DNA of 64,000 bases. Origin: Camelus dromedarius (Eukaryota). The position numbers and the translations under genes were made by a program. The stretch spans positions 15,996,001 to 16,060,000 of the forward strand of contig NC_087436.1 in the NCBI RefSeq assembly GCF_036321535.1, written 5' to 3'. The notes under the pieces were generated by a model. The model was not told the DNA's origin and ran no database searches. It worked only from the letters and a program-made list of their open reading frames with translations. Of the stretch, positions 40,887-53,890 are shown one piece after another (the first letter of the stretch is position 1; every line of letters begins with the position of its first letter).

Positions 40887-40951
40887 GAGTGGCAGAATTC
40901 TATTCAGAAGAATGCAGGCCTTGCTTTTATTGAACTTGTCAATGAAGGAAG
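40887..40951 (+). CDS. LRBA: LRBA internal coding exon, 65 nt, phase 0 to 2; encodes EWQNSIQKNAGLAFIELVNEG(R), at about the start of the DUF1088 region upstream of PH-BEACH
   Basis: Acceptor ttttcttctgttttttag ends at 40886; donor AAG|gtaatc begins at 40952. The frame continues directly from ...LLCSQ. Confidence 0.96.
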
Positions 40952-41739
40952 GTAATCTATTTTATATTTATTTTATTTATATTTTACTTTAAAATGTTAC
41001 TGTATTTTTCCATTGGAACTGATATTTTTGGTACTGTATTGTTTTGCAGTTAGTGACATAGTGGAGCTTAGGTATTAATTATAGATATTTCAGTATTTTA
41101 ATTTCATTGTTCTTTTTTATTGTTGTGTTCTTAATGATAAAATCTGTTCTTTATTTTTCAGTAAGACTGAGTTGGGCAAAAGTAAACTGATGGTTTTATT
41201 AGCAGATTTAAGGAAAATTGATACTTTTTTGGACATTTAGAAAATTCTATTGTATTTGAAAAGCCAATAGACTAATGTATCTGTGTTATCTCTCTTGTGT
41301 CATGGCCTGGTCATAAGGGAAGAAGAATTCAAGGAAAGAAAATTCAGTAGTAGGAAAGAAAATGAAGTACTGAGATATAAAAGAAAGATACAAGGGAGAA
41401 AATAAATGTAAGAAAGTGAGAGAATTAAAAGTAAATTGAGGAAATGATGAGTGGACTACTTTGTATCTATTTTGTGGCAGTTGATTTTGGATTACTTGAA
41501 CTGAAGACTCAAGGTATTGATTAAAATGTGTGATTGGCTGCCACTGGAAACAGCATTCTGAGCAAAATTATTGTTTAAGAATGTTTCTTTATAATGTTCT
41601 GACTAGTGTTGGGAGATTAACGCTGTCACTATAAAAATTATTTGAACTAGTAACTAGGAATTCAACCTCTGTTTCATTAATGATACATAAAGGGAGAAAA
41701 GGATATTGATAACTTTATGTAATCGTAAATACTACTAAA

Positions 41740-42420
41740 ATTATTCCACTCAGCAGATAATTATAGGTGCTTACAGACTAGTATTGAGAACAAAAAAATA
41801 AATTTTCAGTTATAATGCCATATGCTAATTTCTGTGCTAGAAGTATTTAAGCATAGTTTACTAAAGTCGGAATGAGAAAAAAAGAGAAAGACTCCACAAT
41901 TTAGTATGGTAGAATTAGGCAAAATTTCTCCAGAGAATATGATTCTTGAGATGTATTTTCAAGGATGAGTAGAATTTGTCATGTAGACTTTGAGAAAGTG
42001 GGGATTATGCATATATGGGAGGACATGTCTGTGATAAGCATTCCAAATAGAGGGAATAGAAGATCTGAAGAAACTGTGATATGGGAAGGTGTGTATGAGT
42101 GTGTGTTTACATGTGTTTGTGTGTGAATTTATGAAATAGAATTGGGCATCTGGATCATAAGAAGCCTAGTGTGGTATATTTGAACTTTCAGCTGAAGGCA
42201 GTCAGAAACCTTGAAAGATTTTAAGAAAGGAATATCATTATGACATTGAGTTCTGGAAAGATAACCGGCAGTGATGTTTTGGATGAGTTGAAGGAGAGGA
42301 GACCTGATTGAAATCAAGAAGAACAACAGCAAGGCCATTGCAGTGATCTGTGTATGAGAAACAGAGCTAAACTGTAGTCTGGAGTCTGGCAAGTGGTAGG
42401 AAATCAATAAATATTTCTCA
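41740..42420 (-). mobile_element. L2 fragment
   Basis: Purine-rich antisense L2 blocks such as agcattccaaatagagggaatag, ggcatctggatcataagaagcct and aggccattgcagtgatc. Confidence 0.65.
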
Positions 42421-42724
42421 ATGAGTGCATGACTAATAATTCAGTCTTACTTTCAGAAAAAATTTCAAAGTGCTTATTCATCAAGAAAAATAAATAGCTC
42501 TTTGGCTGAATTTCAACACTGAAGTATTGGATGCTTTTAATGCTTATATATAGAAAGAGAGTTAGGCAGTGAGCATTGCTGATCAAATGTACTCACTCTA
42601 CTTAATGCAATACACTGATTAACACTAGTTCTTTTTGAAAAAAAAACTTACAAAGGTTGATTTTGATGAGGTTCCACTAAGTGTAAATGCCATCAATTGT
42701 GCTAGTTACTGTTACCTCTAATAG

Positions 42725-42842
42725 ATAAGGCAACATGGTTTTGTGATTAATGGTATTGACTATGAAATTAGCCTTGGGTCCAAGCTTCAGCTTTGCTATT
42801 TGGAAAGTACTTTTACTTCTGTGAACCTGCGTTTCCTCATCT
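42725..42842 (+). mobile_element. MIR SINE fragment
   Basis: ccttgggtccaagcttcagctttgcta...acttctgtgaacctgcgtttcctcatct. Confidence 0.7.
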
Positions 42843-44740
42843 ATTCACTCAGCCAATATTTATTATATGCTGACTTTGTACCATGAATTGTCCTTCATTC
42901 TGGGGATAGAGCAATAAACGAAACAGATAAAGGTTCTTTTTTGGTAGATTTTAAATTCCAATAGTCATTGACAGACTATGAACAATAAACAAACTAAGTA
43001 ATGGGTAATATAATATGTGAAAGGTGGTAAGTACTTTGGAAAAAGATAATGGGAAGCAGGTTGAGGGCAGTGGAGATGTTTGAATGATATATAAAGGTTT
43101 GATACGGTCTCTATTTTAAATAGAGTGGTTAGATTAGAGGTCACAGAAAAGTGACATGTAAGCAAGCATTTGAAGGATTTGAAGGAGTGAACCATAGGGC
43201 ATGTAGGGGAAGAGCATTCCAGTCTTAGGGAACAGGCAGTATACAGATGAAAGCTTCCTTGGTATATTTGAGGAATGAGGCCAGTATAGCAAGAACAAAG
43301 TGATCAAAATGGAGAGAAATGGGAAATGATGTCAGAGACATAGGGCAAGATTTTGTGTAGAGCCTTTACCATTCTGTAGGAAATAACAATCCTTGCAGGA
43401 TTTTGTGTAGATCAGGGAGACAGTTTGCATTATGTATTAAAAAGTTGTTTGGCTGATGTATATAGGAATTTAAGGATAGAAGCAAAAAGATCAATTAGAG
43501 AGCTATTGTAGTAATCCTAGTTAGACATGATGATGACATGCACTAGGGCAGTAGCAGTAGAAGAGGTGAGCAGTAGCAGTATTATGAATTTATTCTGAAG
43601 ATAGAGCCAATAGGATTTACTAATGGATTGGATGTGGGTTGTGAGAGAAAACTAGGAGTCAGGTATTACTCTTAAGATTTTTGGCCTGTGTACCTGAAGG
43701 GATGATGTTTCTATCAGCCAGGATGGGGAAGGCTGTGGATAAAGCAGTTATTGGGGAAGATCAGGTGTTCAGTTTTAGAGATACTGATTTTTCAGTCTCT
43801 AGAAGACATCCAAGTAGTGATGTTAAATAGGCAGTGGTGAGTTATTTCTCCAGATTAGAGGTATAAACTTGGGTGTTACAAGCATATAAGTGGTAGGTAC
43901 TATCTTGAGACTAGAGGACATCCTTAAGGTGATAGGATGACAACTGAGATTTGACCACAGATTCAGTTGTGGTTTCTGACTTGGATAGGAGTAGTTTGGG
44001 GAGAGTGGTGTGGAAACAAGCTTATCTGCAGTGGATTTAGAAAAGAAGAGAATGAGAGAAGAGGAACTAGAGAATGTGTATTAAAAATTCTTTAGAGGAG
44101 TGTTGCTACAAAGAGGGAGCAAAAATAAAATGGAGTGGTAGCTTGTGGGGGGAAACAGAGTCACAGGAATTAGAGTTTTAAAAAATGAGAGCAAAACAAC
44201 ACAGTTTCATGATAATGAGTGAGGAAATGGGTATAGGAGAGAGATAGGTGAGAACTTCTGGAGTGATGTTTTTGGGCTGATTAGAGAGTGGATGAATTTA
44301 TATACAGACTGGGTGGGGAAGAGTGGTTGCCTTTAAAGACAGCATGAATGTATCATTTATGGTAACATGGGAGGAGTCAAACTTTTATGCAGGAAAGTGA
44401 TTGTAATCATAGACCACAAGACTATAATTATTAAGCTAGGTAAAGAGGAAAGTGAATGTAAAAAAAAAAGAATGATAGGAGGGATGACTTGGAGCTCTAA
44501 GGAGTGTTACAGTTGTGATAGTAGAATGAGTGAGCTGTAGCCTCGAGAGGTAGCAGTTAGAGTCAAATGAGTAGAACCAAGGCCATGTAGTTATTGGAGA
44601 TGATGACGTCTGGCACATGACCATGCAATAAGTGGCTGAAGTAGGATGGAAGACAAGACCAGAGAAGGAGAGGAGTTAAGGGAACTGACAAATCAGGATC
44701 TTGTTCATCTTTGAATCTCTTTTGAAGACTATTATCACTT
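42843..44740 (-). mobile_element. Long (~1.9 kb) L2 LINE remnant
   Basis: Begins with the reverse L2 tail (attcactcagccaatatttatt) and continues through gatagagccaataggatttactaatggattggatgtggg and gacatccaagtagtgatgttaaataggcagt. Minus translation HGHVPDVIISN near 44600 resembles the APE endonuclease motif HGHTLDLVIT. Confidence 0.85.
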
Positions 44741-44809
44741 ACCATTCTTCATCATTGCTGTCTCTATGTGTCCCCAAGTAATTCCCATTTATTTTTCAGT
44801 GATTTTTGT

Positions 44810-45145
44810 TTTTAGATGTTACTTTCTCCAACGCTTCTTATAATAATTCCTTGTGATTTCATCCATATTATAGCATGTATCAGAATTTTGTTCCCTTTTA
44901 GTAATTAATAGTATTGCATTGTATGGATATATCACATTTTGTTTATCCCTTCAGCCGTCAGTGAGCATTTGGATTGCTTTCTGTTTTTGGCTATTATAAA
45001 TAATGCTGCCATGATTATTTGTGTACAAGGCTTTGTGTGGACATTGTGGACATATGTTTTCATTTCTCTTGGGTAAATATACCTGAGAGTAGAATTGCTG
45101 GGTTCAGTGGGAAGTCTGCGTTTAACTTTTTAAAACTGCTAAAAA
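44810..45145 (-). mobile_element. L1M 3'-region fragment
   Basis: attgtatggatatatcacattttgtttatcc, tttggctattataaataatgctgcc and catttctcttgggtaaatatacctgagagtagaattgctgggt. Confidence 0.85.
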
Positions 45146-45549
45146 AATTGGGAAGATCCTACAAATAGAGTAAAACCCTAGACCCTTGGTAGTGCTTGGT
45201 GGTGTTTTTCTTGCATGGAGCTCTTTGAACTTCTAGGATGTGTAGAATTAGCTTTTCATAAAAATTTTCAGTCATTATTTCTGCATAAACTATTTCTGTG
45301 TTTGTTTATCTTGACTATTCTTTTGGGACTCCCATTACACATAAGTTGGTAGTTTGATGTTATCCTGTCATCTTCAGTCTTTTTCTCTTCATTCTTCAGT
45401 TGATAAATTCTGTTGCTATATCTGCAAGTTCACTGATTTCATTTTATCTTCTGCCATCTCAAATTTGCTGGTGAGTCCACTTGGAAGTTGTTTTTTGGTT
45501 TTTGGCTTTGTTGATTATTTTTTAACAGAATTTCCATTTGGTTCTTTTT

Positions 45550-45855
45550 AACAGATTGTGATTATTTATATTCACTGTATAGTTATTGTCATTACATTTG
45601 GACTTCGTAGCCTTTGACTAATAAATACCTCCCACTTTACCTCTCACAGCCCTTGATTACCACATTATACTCTCTGCTTCTAAAGGTTTTGACTATTTTA
45701 GCTCACATATAATAAGTAGAGTATCTGTCCTATGTTTGACTTATTTCACTTAATGTAATGTTCTCCAGGTTTATCTGAATTGCTGCATGGAAGCAACCAT
45801 AATATCCATAGACAGCTGAGTAGATAAAGGAACTGTGGTATATACATATAATGGA
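45550..45855 (-). mobile_element. Short L1MA-like insertion with an inverted 5' segment (45788-45855)
   Basis: Antisense L1 3' end (gacttatttcacttaatgtaatgttctccaggtttatc) abuts sense-orientation tggaagcaacc...gataaaggaactgtggtatatacatataatgga. Confidence 0.72.
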
Positions 45856-46029
45856 TTTTTTAAAAAATGACCATTTAATATAGAAATTTTAGATTCCAGG
45901 TTTTCTACTTTGTATCTATGGGTTTTTGTTAATTGCTTTTACTTGTTGATTTTTTTAAAAACATACTTTCTTGTTGATTTTTTCTTTTTTGGGGGGATTA
46001 TATTTTCTTCTCTATTCCTTTTGTTTTTT

Positions 46030-48660
46030 CATTAAGACTTTTTTTTCTTAAGAATAGTTTTAGATTCACAGCAAAATTGAGGGGAAGTTACAGAAATTTT
46101 TCATATATGAAAATATGCCCCTGCCCTCACACATGTGTAGCCTCCCCTGTTGTCAGCATAACCACCAGAGTGGTATATTTGTTAAAACTGATGAACCTGT
46201 GTTGATATATCATAATCACTCAAAGTCCATAGTTTACATTATGGCTCACTCTTGATGTACATTCTGTGGGTTTAGAAAAATGTTTATGGCATGTTTCCAT
46301 CCTTAGGCTATTATATTATTTTCACTGTGCCAAAAATCTTCTGTGCTTTGCCTCTTTATCACTTACCCCAACCTCCTCCCACACGCTGGCAACCACTACT
46401 CTTTTTACTGTCTCCACAGTTTTACCTTTTCCAGAAAGTCACAGTTTTGCCTTTTCCAGAAACTCATACAGTATGTAACTTTTTCAGTTTGGCTTCTTTC
46501 ACTTACTAATACATACTTACCGTTATGCATGACTTTTAATGGATTGATAGCTCATTTCATTATAACACTGAATAATATTTTGTTGTCTAAATGTACTGTG
46601 GTTTACTTAACCACTCACTTACTGAAGGACATCTTGGTTGCTTATAAGTTTTGGCAGTTATGAATAAAGCTTTTGTAAACATCCAGGTACATGTTTTTGT
46701 GTGGAAATAAGTTTTAAGCCTTTTTTGGTAAATACCAAGAAGTGTGATTGCTGGATTTTATAGAAAGAGTATGTTTGGTTTTGTAAGAAACTGCTAAACT
46801 GTCCTCCACATTGACTGTATCATTATGCATTCACACCAGCAATGAATGAGAGTTCCTATTGCTCCATATCCTCACCAGTATTCGGTGTTGTCAGTGTTTC
46901 AGATTTTGGCTATTGTGATAGGTGTGTATTGGTATCTTATTATTGTTTTAGTTTGCATTTCCCTGATAACATACGATGTGAAACATATTTTCATTTGCTA
47001 ATTTCCCATCTGTATATCTTCTTTGGTGAGGTGTCTGTTCAGGTCTTTGGCACATTTTTTAATGAGGTTGTTTGTTTTTTTATTAGTGAATTTGAAGAGT
47101 TCTTTGTAGTTTAGGTAACAGTCATTTTTCAGATGTGTCTTTTGCAAATATTTTCTCCCAGTCTGTGTCTTGTCTTCTAATTTTCTTGACATTGTCTTTT
47201 GCAGAGCAGTAGTTTTCAACTTTAGTGAAGTCCAGCTGATCAATTATGTACTTTTTGGATCATGTTTTTGGTTGTGTATCTAAAAAGTCACTACCATACC
47301 CAAGGTTATCTAGGTTTTTTCTTGTGTTATCTTTTAGGATTTTTATGGTTTTTCATTTTCAGCTTATGTCTGTTACCTATTTTGAGTAAATTTTTGAAAG
47401 GCCTGGAAGGTCTATGCCTAGATTAATTTTTTTTCACATGTAGATGTCCAGTTGTTGCAGCATTATTTATTAAAAACAGTATGATTAGTCCATTGTATAT
47501 TGTTTTTGCTCTTTCTTTGTCAAAGATCAGCTGACTGTATTTATGTGAATCTATTTGTAGGTTCTCAGTTTTGTCCCATCAATCTATTTGTCTGTTTTTT
47601 TTAACCAGTTCCACACTGTCTTGATTACTGTAGCTTTAGAGTAAGACTTGAATTTGGGTAACCTCAGTCTTCCACCTTTGTTCTTCTCCTTCAATATTAC
47701 ATTGGCTATTCTGGACATTTTGGTGCTCCATATAAACTGTAAAATTGTTTTGTCAATACCAGCAAACTAGTGTGCTTGAATTTTGAATTGTATTGCATTG
47801 AATCCACAGACCAAAATGGGACCAGCTGACATCTTGACAATATTGAGTCTTCGTATCTATAAGCATGGAATATTTCTCCATGTATTTAATTTTTTATTTC
47901 ATTGCCTGAGTTTTATACTTCTTTCATATGGATACTGTACATATTTTGTTAGATTTATACTTAAAGTATTTTTTGAGGGGGATGCTAATATAAATGGTAT
48001 TGTATTTTTAATTTCAAATTTCACTTATTCTGTACTGGTATATAGGTAGCAATTGACTTTTGTATATTAACCTCATATCCTGCAATCTTGACATAATCAC
48101 TTATTAGTTCCAGGAGGAATTCATTTTTTGTCAGTTGTTTTGGTTTTTCTACATAGATGATCATGTCATCTGTGAGCAAAGACCTTCTTTTGTCTTCCTT
48201 CCCAGTCTTCATACCTTTTATTTCCTTTTCTTGTCATATTGCTTTAGCTCAGACTTCATGTATGATGTTGAAAAAGAGTGGTAAGAGAGGACATCCTTTT
48301 CCTTATCTTGTCTTTTCCTTATCTTAATGGGAAATTTTCTAGTTTCTCAACATTAAGAATAGTGTTAGCTTTTGGCCTTTTTGTATCTATTTTTTATCAA
48401 GTTGAGAAAGTTTCCCTCTGTTCTTAGTTTACTGAAAGATTTTGTTATGAATGGGCATTGGATTTTTGTCAAATGCTTTTTTCTGTATCTATTGATATGA
48501 CCACATGACTTTTCTTTTTGGCTTATTTATGTATGGTGGATTACACTAATGGACTTTGGAATGCTGAACCTGGTCTGCATAACTGGGATAATTCTTGCTT
48601 AGTTGTGTTATATAATTCTTTTTATAATTGTTGGATTTGGTTTTGTTTGTTGATTTTTAA
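46030..48660 (-). mobile_element. 5'-truncated L1 (L1MC1-like), ~2.6 kb, decayed ORF2 plus 3' UTR
   Basis: 3' end ttttagattcacagcaaaattgag...ccaccagagtggtatatttgtt. Minus translations SLLTDDMIIYVEKPK...LLELISDYVKIAGYEVNIQKS (RT domain, FADD equivalent) and [18 protein letters not shown]. Confidence 0.93.
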
Positions 48661-49499
48661 AAGTTACTTGCTTGGGCTTAATATGCAGAATATGTCTCTC
48701 ATGTGGTACAGTGCTCTTAATGTTGCTGCTTAGCTTTTTCAAGAATCTTCTTCTTATTTTTCTTAGTCTGGCTTTTAAGGGGTTGCCCCTTTTCCCCATA
48801 GCTTTGAGGTCAATAAATCAATGATAAGAAGTCTTTCTGAAACCTTTGACCGTGTATGGCCAGTAAATCTGGGTTTGGCTTGATGGACACATTTAAATTT
48901 GTGGTAGTTTTTATTCCTAGCTTTTGCTTCCCATTGACCTTTTTCAAGTCTGCACTGTATGTGTGCCCAGGGACCCAGACAGCCATGGATGTGTGAAATT
49001 CTTACTAAGTTATCTAACATATATGTATAATTAATATGGCTACTTCATTTTTAGGGTCTCTCTCTTTAATTTCTGGTTTATTCTCTGGTCTTCTGCTCAC
49101 CCTAACTACAAATATAATCTCAGTCTAGGATAGCAATTGGCTTTTCCAGTTTTCAGCTTGGGATGCATTTTCTTCATTTTCTGTCCTCTTTTCCAAATCT
49201 GGTTAGCCGTCTCTGGCAGTGAGGTTGCTGGTTCCATCGGCAGCCGTAGACTGATGAAACAACACACTTCTGGTGTTTGGGTGGTGCATTCCGAGAAAAG
49301 ATTGCCACGGACTCCATTTGCTCTTACTCAGTGGTTAGCAAATTTTTCTAAGATTATTATTGATTTTTTTGTTTGCCTTGATCAGTTTTCAGAACCCTGA
49401 AATGATTGTTATTTGTCAATTCTATGCTTGTTTTTGTGGGAGAGGGTTTGTTGACCTTTTTATTTCACCATAGCTGGAAGATCCAACCCCAGCTCTTTA

Positions 49500-49765
49500 C
49501 ATGTCTGGTTCATTCTGATTTAAGGCCCAATTCAGATGTCACCTTGTCAGAGAAGTCTTCCTTGAAACCTGTTACGCAGGTTATTTTTACCTCATTTCTT
49601 AAAATATGTTTCCCTGCATTTTTTATTCTACTCCCATATTTGTCTTCGTTATCCCTTGTAAAGTGTATGTTTTGTGAGGGCAGTGCCCCTGTCTTGCTTT
49701 TGGTTGTATCCTGGGCTCCAAGTGAAGTGCCTTGCCAATTCAATAAATATTTGTGTTTAATTGAT
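49500..49765 (+). mobile_element. L2 3'-end fragment
   Basis: cagatgtcaccttgtcagagaagtcttccttg...tgagggcag...tcaataaatatttgtg. Confidence 0.78.
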
Positions 49766-52700
49766 AAGATATTTTCTCTATAAGTACATTGCTTTTATAG
49801 TTTGATTTTAATTATTGATATATTTTATGTAAATAGTATTTCTTAAACAGGAATTCATTTTATACAATCTTGGTAATAGTCAAGTGATGTTATTTTGAAG
49901 ATTATTACCCAGAGAAAAGAAAATACATATATATAAAATAAATATTTTACATTAAAATTTGTCTGTATTTTGTGAAGTAATTAATTTCATGTTCTTGTCA
50001 AATATTTTATCTGGAAGAGCTGATTGTTATTCTTATTGAGGAAACAATTATTTGAATAACTTATTTGTTTTTTATATCAGCTGTGATTAGAGACTTTATA
50101 GTACCTTTTCCCTGATTTCTTATATGTGCTTATCTTAACTATTTGGATTTATTAGCCTCCTTTGTTTAGAAATTGTTTTCTTTACTTCTGTGCTTAGCCT
50201 ATAGAAAGTATTTAACCTTTGTCTTTTAAGTAAATGTTAGAAATAAACGGTAGTATAAAGAGAACTAACATTCATTCGTGAAATATTGGTAGTATTTGTA
50301 ATTTTCATTATCTCTTTCTTCAGAGGGTAGAATATATTTTAAAGGAATAATTTAGAGATTTATTTTTCTAAATCAGTGGATTTGACTTTCCTTTTATAAA
50401 TATTTAATATATTGAGGTTAAATGAGTTTACATAGCAATGGACGGATTTGTGAAGCATTTGTAGTGTTCAGCTACTGGACTTAATCCCAGGGGCAAGAAG
50501 AATAGGTAATAAGGGTTTTGTTTTTACTGCAGAGGCCAACCTTTTTTTTTCTTTTTCCTTTTTATTTCTTTCTTATTATGTAAGTCTGACCTGCCTTGAC
50601 CTCATTTATAGAGTAGCTGCTATAAATTTGGTCCTTGATTAATGTTTTATTAGTGTAAATAACATGTAGACCTTTACAGACTGAGACTACAGCATAGGGT
50701 TTATCAGACTTGATGGGTACTATTAGCAAATCAATTACTTAGGTCAGACATAAGTAATTGTTGTTTGGAAGAAATGTTTCTCTTAACTTACCTATTTAAT
50801 TGATGAAATACTTTCTTTGTGAATACATTGTTTTGATAGTTTTGAGTTCAGTTATTGGTATTTTTCTTGTAAACAACATTCCTATAAAAATAATCAGTAA
50901 TCACTGACATAATCAAGTGATATTTCTTTGCCAGTTTTTACCAAGACAAGTAAAATGTATAAATTAAAAAGATTTAAATTTAAAAAAATTAAATTTCCGA
51001 CATTCTGTGAATAAGAACATTGTTTATGGATATTTTGTGATATATTTAATTATTATTTTCATCACCATTATCTCAGTTTACTTTTTAAATATGCAAATAA
51101 CTGAACTAAAGAGTTTCGTACTGAAAGACACAGGTGTCTTCAAATAGTTTAAAATTCTTTAGACAATCTTAAAGCTTTCTTACGGAATGTTCTGTGATGC
51201 TGTGGCACCACATTAGTAGGAAATAGGAACGTCTGTTCTAAATTCAAGTGTGGTGGGTATATAACATTATGTTATATAGGGCTTTGGTTGATTTATTTGT
51301 AAACTTCATTTCTTTTTATATAAGTTGCTTTTTCCTTCACCTTAAAAATTTATTTAATTGAAAAATAAATTTAATTAAACTAATTCCAGTAGAATTGTTG
51401 CTTACATTTTTAAATTAAATTCTTTGTCAGTAAACCTTAAAAATTTTTTTCAAATTTGGATAAAGGGGTTTAGATTTCATGTTTTGCATTCTTCTTATTC
51501 CTGTATTCCTTAATGGTTTTGTTTATATCTTTTCTAAAAACGTTAGTATTTCAGTATGGTGGGTTTTAATTTTGCCAGAAGAAACAGATCCAGCTGCTAG
51601 GTAGCCACCATTCTTCTTGCCAGCCTTCCTGCCATCCATCCAACAAATATTTTTTAGAGTATTTTAGGCCTCTGATGTTGTTCTAAACAGCTGTGATTAC
51701 GGTAGGTGCTCTATGAACGTGACAAAGTCTTGTAACTTCGCTTGTTTGACTTGTGTTAGAAGGAGCAATGTAATTGATAAATATTGATTATCCTTGATAT
51801 TTTATATTTTTAGGTGATCCTATTTTTGTTATACTCTGAAATTTTTAAAAATCAGTACAAATTCACTTCAAGTAAAATTTTTATAGCTTAAAATGTCAAG
51901 GGATCTTGTCTTTGTTACATAATTTCTTAATTTGTATCATTTGTATTTTAAAGTAAAAAACAGACATGTTTCCATTGGCTGATCAAAGTTTTAAAATTTT
52001 TGATGTTAAAAATCAGGAAAGTGGTAGACTGTGGAACCTAGTTTCAAGGAACAATGTTAGTTAAACATTCTAAGATTAAATTCTCATCTTAATTTCTATA
52101 ACTTGTTAAATATACAACTACATATAAGATGACCTATGCTTACAGTGTTAGTTTTAGTTTATTAAAAATACATTTTGAGAACTTCCATAGCCTCCTAGGA
52201 TTTTACTCTTAAATCTGCTACTGTGATTCTCGTTTCCCCATCCTTGAAAAGTACAGAAAGGGCAGATTATCCTACATACTGTTGGGCACATTGCTTAATT
52301 ATCCTCTGGGGATAGTCAGTATCTGCTTATTACAGCAATAATTCAGACTTGTATCCGAATATGTAAATAGCCCTCATAAAAGACATAATGTTTCTAGTAC
52401 TAATATACTTGTCTGTCTCTTCAAAATTCAACTGCTTAGATTGCACTTCTGCTTTCTGAACATTCATTTAGTAGCTTCAGCATTTTCCTTCACTCCAAAT
52501 GTCACAGATTTCTAATAAATGTCTGTGGAATAAGTGTGTAGAAGAATGAATGTAAGGGGAGTGAAGAGAGAGAAGGAAGGAAGGAAGAGAGGGCAAAACA
52601 CATTTCATTTTATTCTGACCTACTTGGCCAGTATCTGGGTTATATTTTGGTAGAAGACAGAAATATTTTTTTCACTTAAGTAAACATTGTGCCTAGGATG

Positions 52701-53611
52701 TAGTCTTATCCGAACTGAACAAAGACATAACCTAAATCAAAGTAGAATTCATCTCTTGGAAACTCTGGAGTGTTTCTTAAAGAGCCATGTGCTTTCTGGT
52801 TAAATTTTAAAATTAAATGTGTGCTGAGGTGCTTTATAGAAAAACTCCAGTTAAACATTATAAACAGTTGTTTGGATATGATCTCATTTTTGGGGTGGAG
52901 TAAGAAGTCAGTGTTTCAAAGATTTGTTGAGAGACTGTCATCTCTAGTGTGGATTGAATAGATGTAGAAGTTTCTGTGGGTTGTTTAGAAACGATGTGCT
53001 GGTCCCCTTTTTTAGGGATTAGGTTAGTTAAATTAATGTTTATTATTTTTGTAAGTTTAATGGCTTATCAGTGAAGACTAGAATTTTCTCCCCTTAATTA
53101 GGATAAATACATTTTTCTTATTTCATTTCTTCATGTGTTTGGTTTAAAACAGTGATATGGCCAAATTATTTTTCACTTCTATTTTTCTCTTAATTTCAGT
53201 TTTCTGTGGTTAGTTTTTAGGCTTGCTTCATTGTGATTGATGTAAAACAATGATACTTCATTTAATTTGTGTTTTTCATCCCCTAAAACTGCTAAATTCC
53301 AGGTTTAAGGGCTTTAAAACTATTTGGCGTTGCATTTGAGCTTTCTCAGCAAGGCCAAAGTATGTTACTTATGGAAAAAAGGTGGTATGGATTCAGCATG
53401 CCTGTAGAATATGCTTATATGTGTACAGAAGTTTTATAAAGTTATGCTTTTTAAAAAACTGTAATTTTTTATATATAAGTGGAATCAATTACTATATTAA
53501 GTGAGAATAAATATAGCCAAAAGGGAGACAAATTAGAGGTGGGCGAAGAAGGAAAGAAAGCATTTTGAGTAGGGTTAAGTGAAAATAAAAATGAAGATAG
53601 AGTCAGCTCTC

Positions 53612-53890
53612 TTCGTTTGTTCGAAATATATTTATGCGTGCCTGCTATGTGCTGGTCCACATTCTGGGCTCTGGGGATTCGGCAATGGACAGAATAGACA
53701 TCCCTACCCTCTTATGCTATAGACAGTAAAGAAATTTAAAATATTCGTATTAGGTCAGAAAGTGATTAGTGCTATGAGAAAATTAAAACGCGGAGAGAAG
53801 TAGAATAGGTACAATGTGGGGCAGAGGACATTGCAGTTTTAAAAACGGTGGTCATGGGTTTCTTATGAAATGATAAGCAAATGCAACAAG
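53612..53890 (-). mobile_element. L2 3'-end fragment
   Basis: ttcgtttgttcgaaatatatttatgcgtgcctgctatgtgctgg...ctgggctctggggattc...catccctaccctc. Confidence 0.75.

Noticed and set aside
46266..49783. Cluster of + and - strand ORFs suggesting a gene
   Set aside because: All fall within decayed L1 and L2 sequence, and the recognisable peptides are broken L1 ORF2 fragments.
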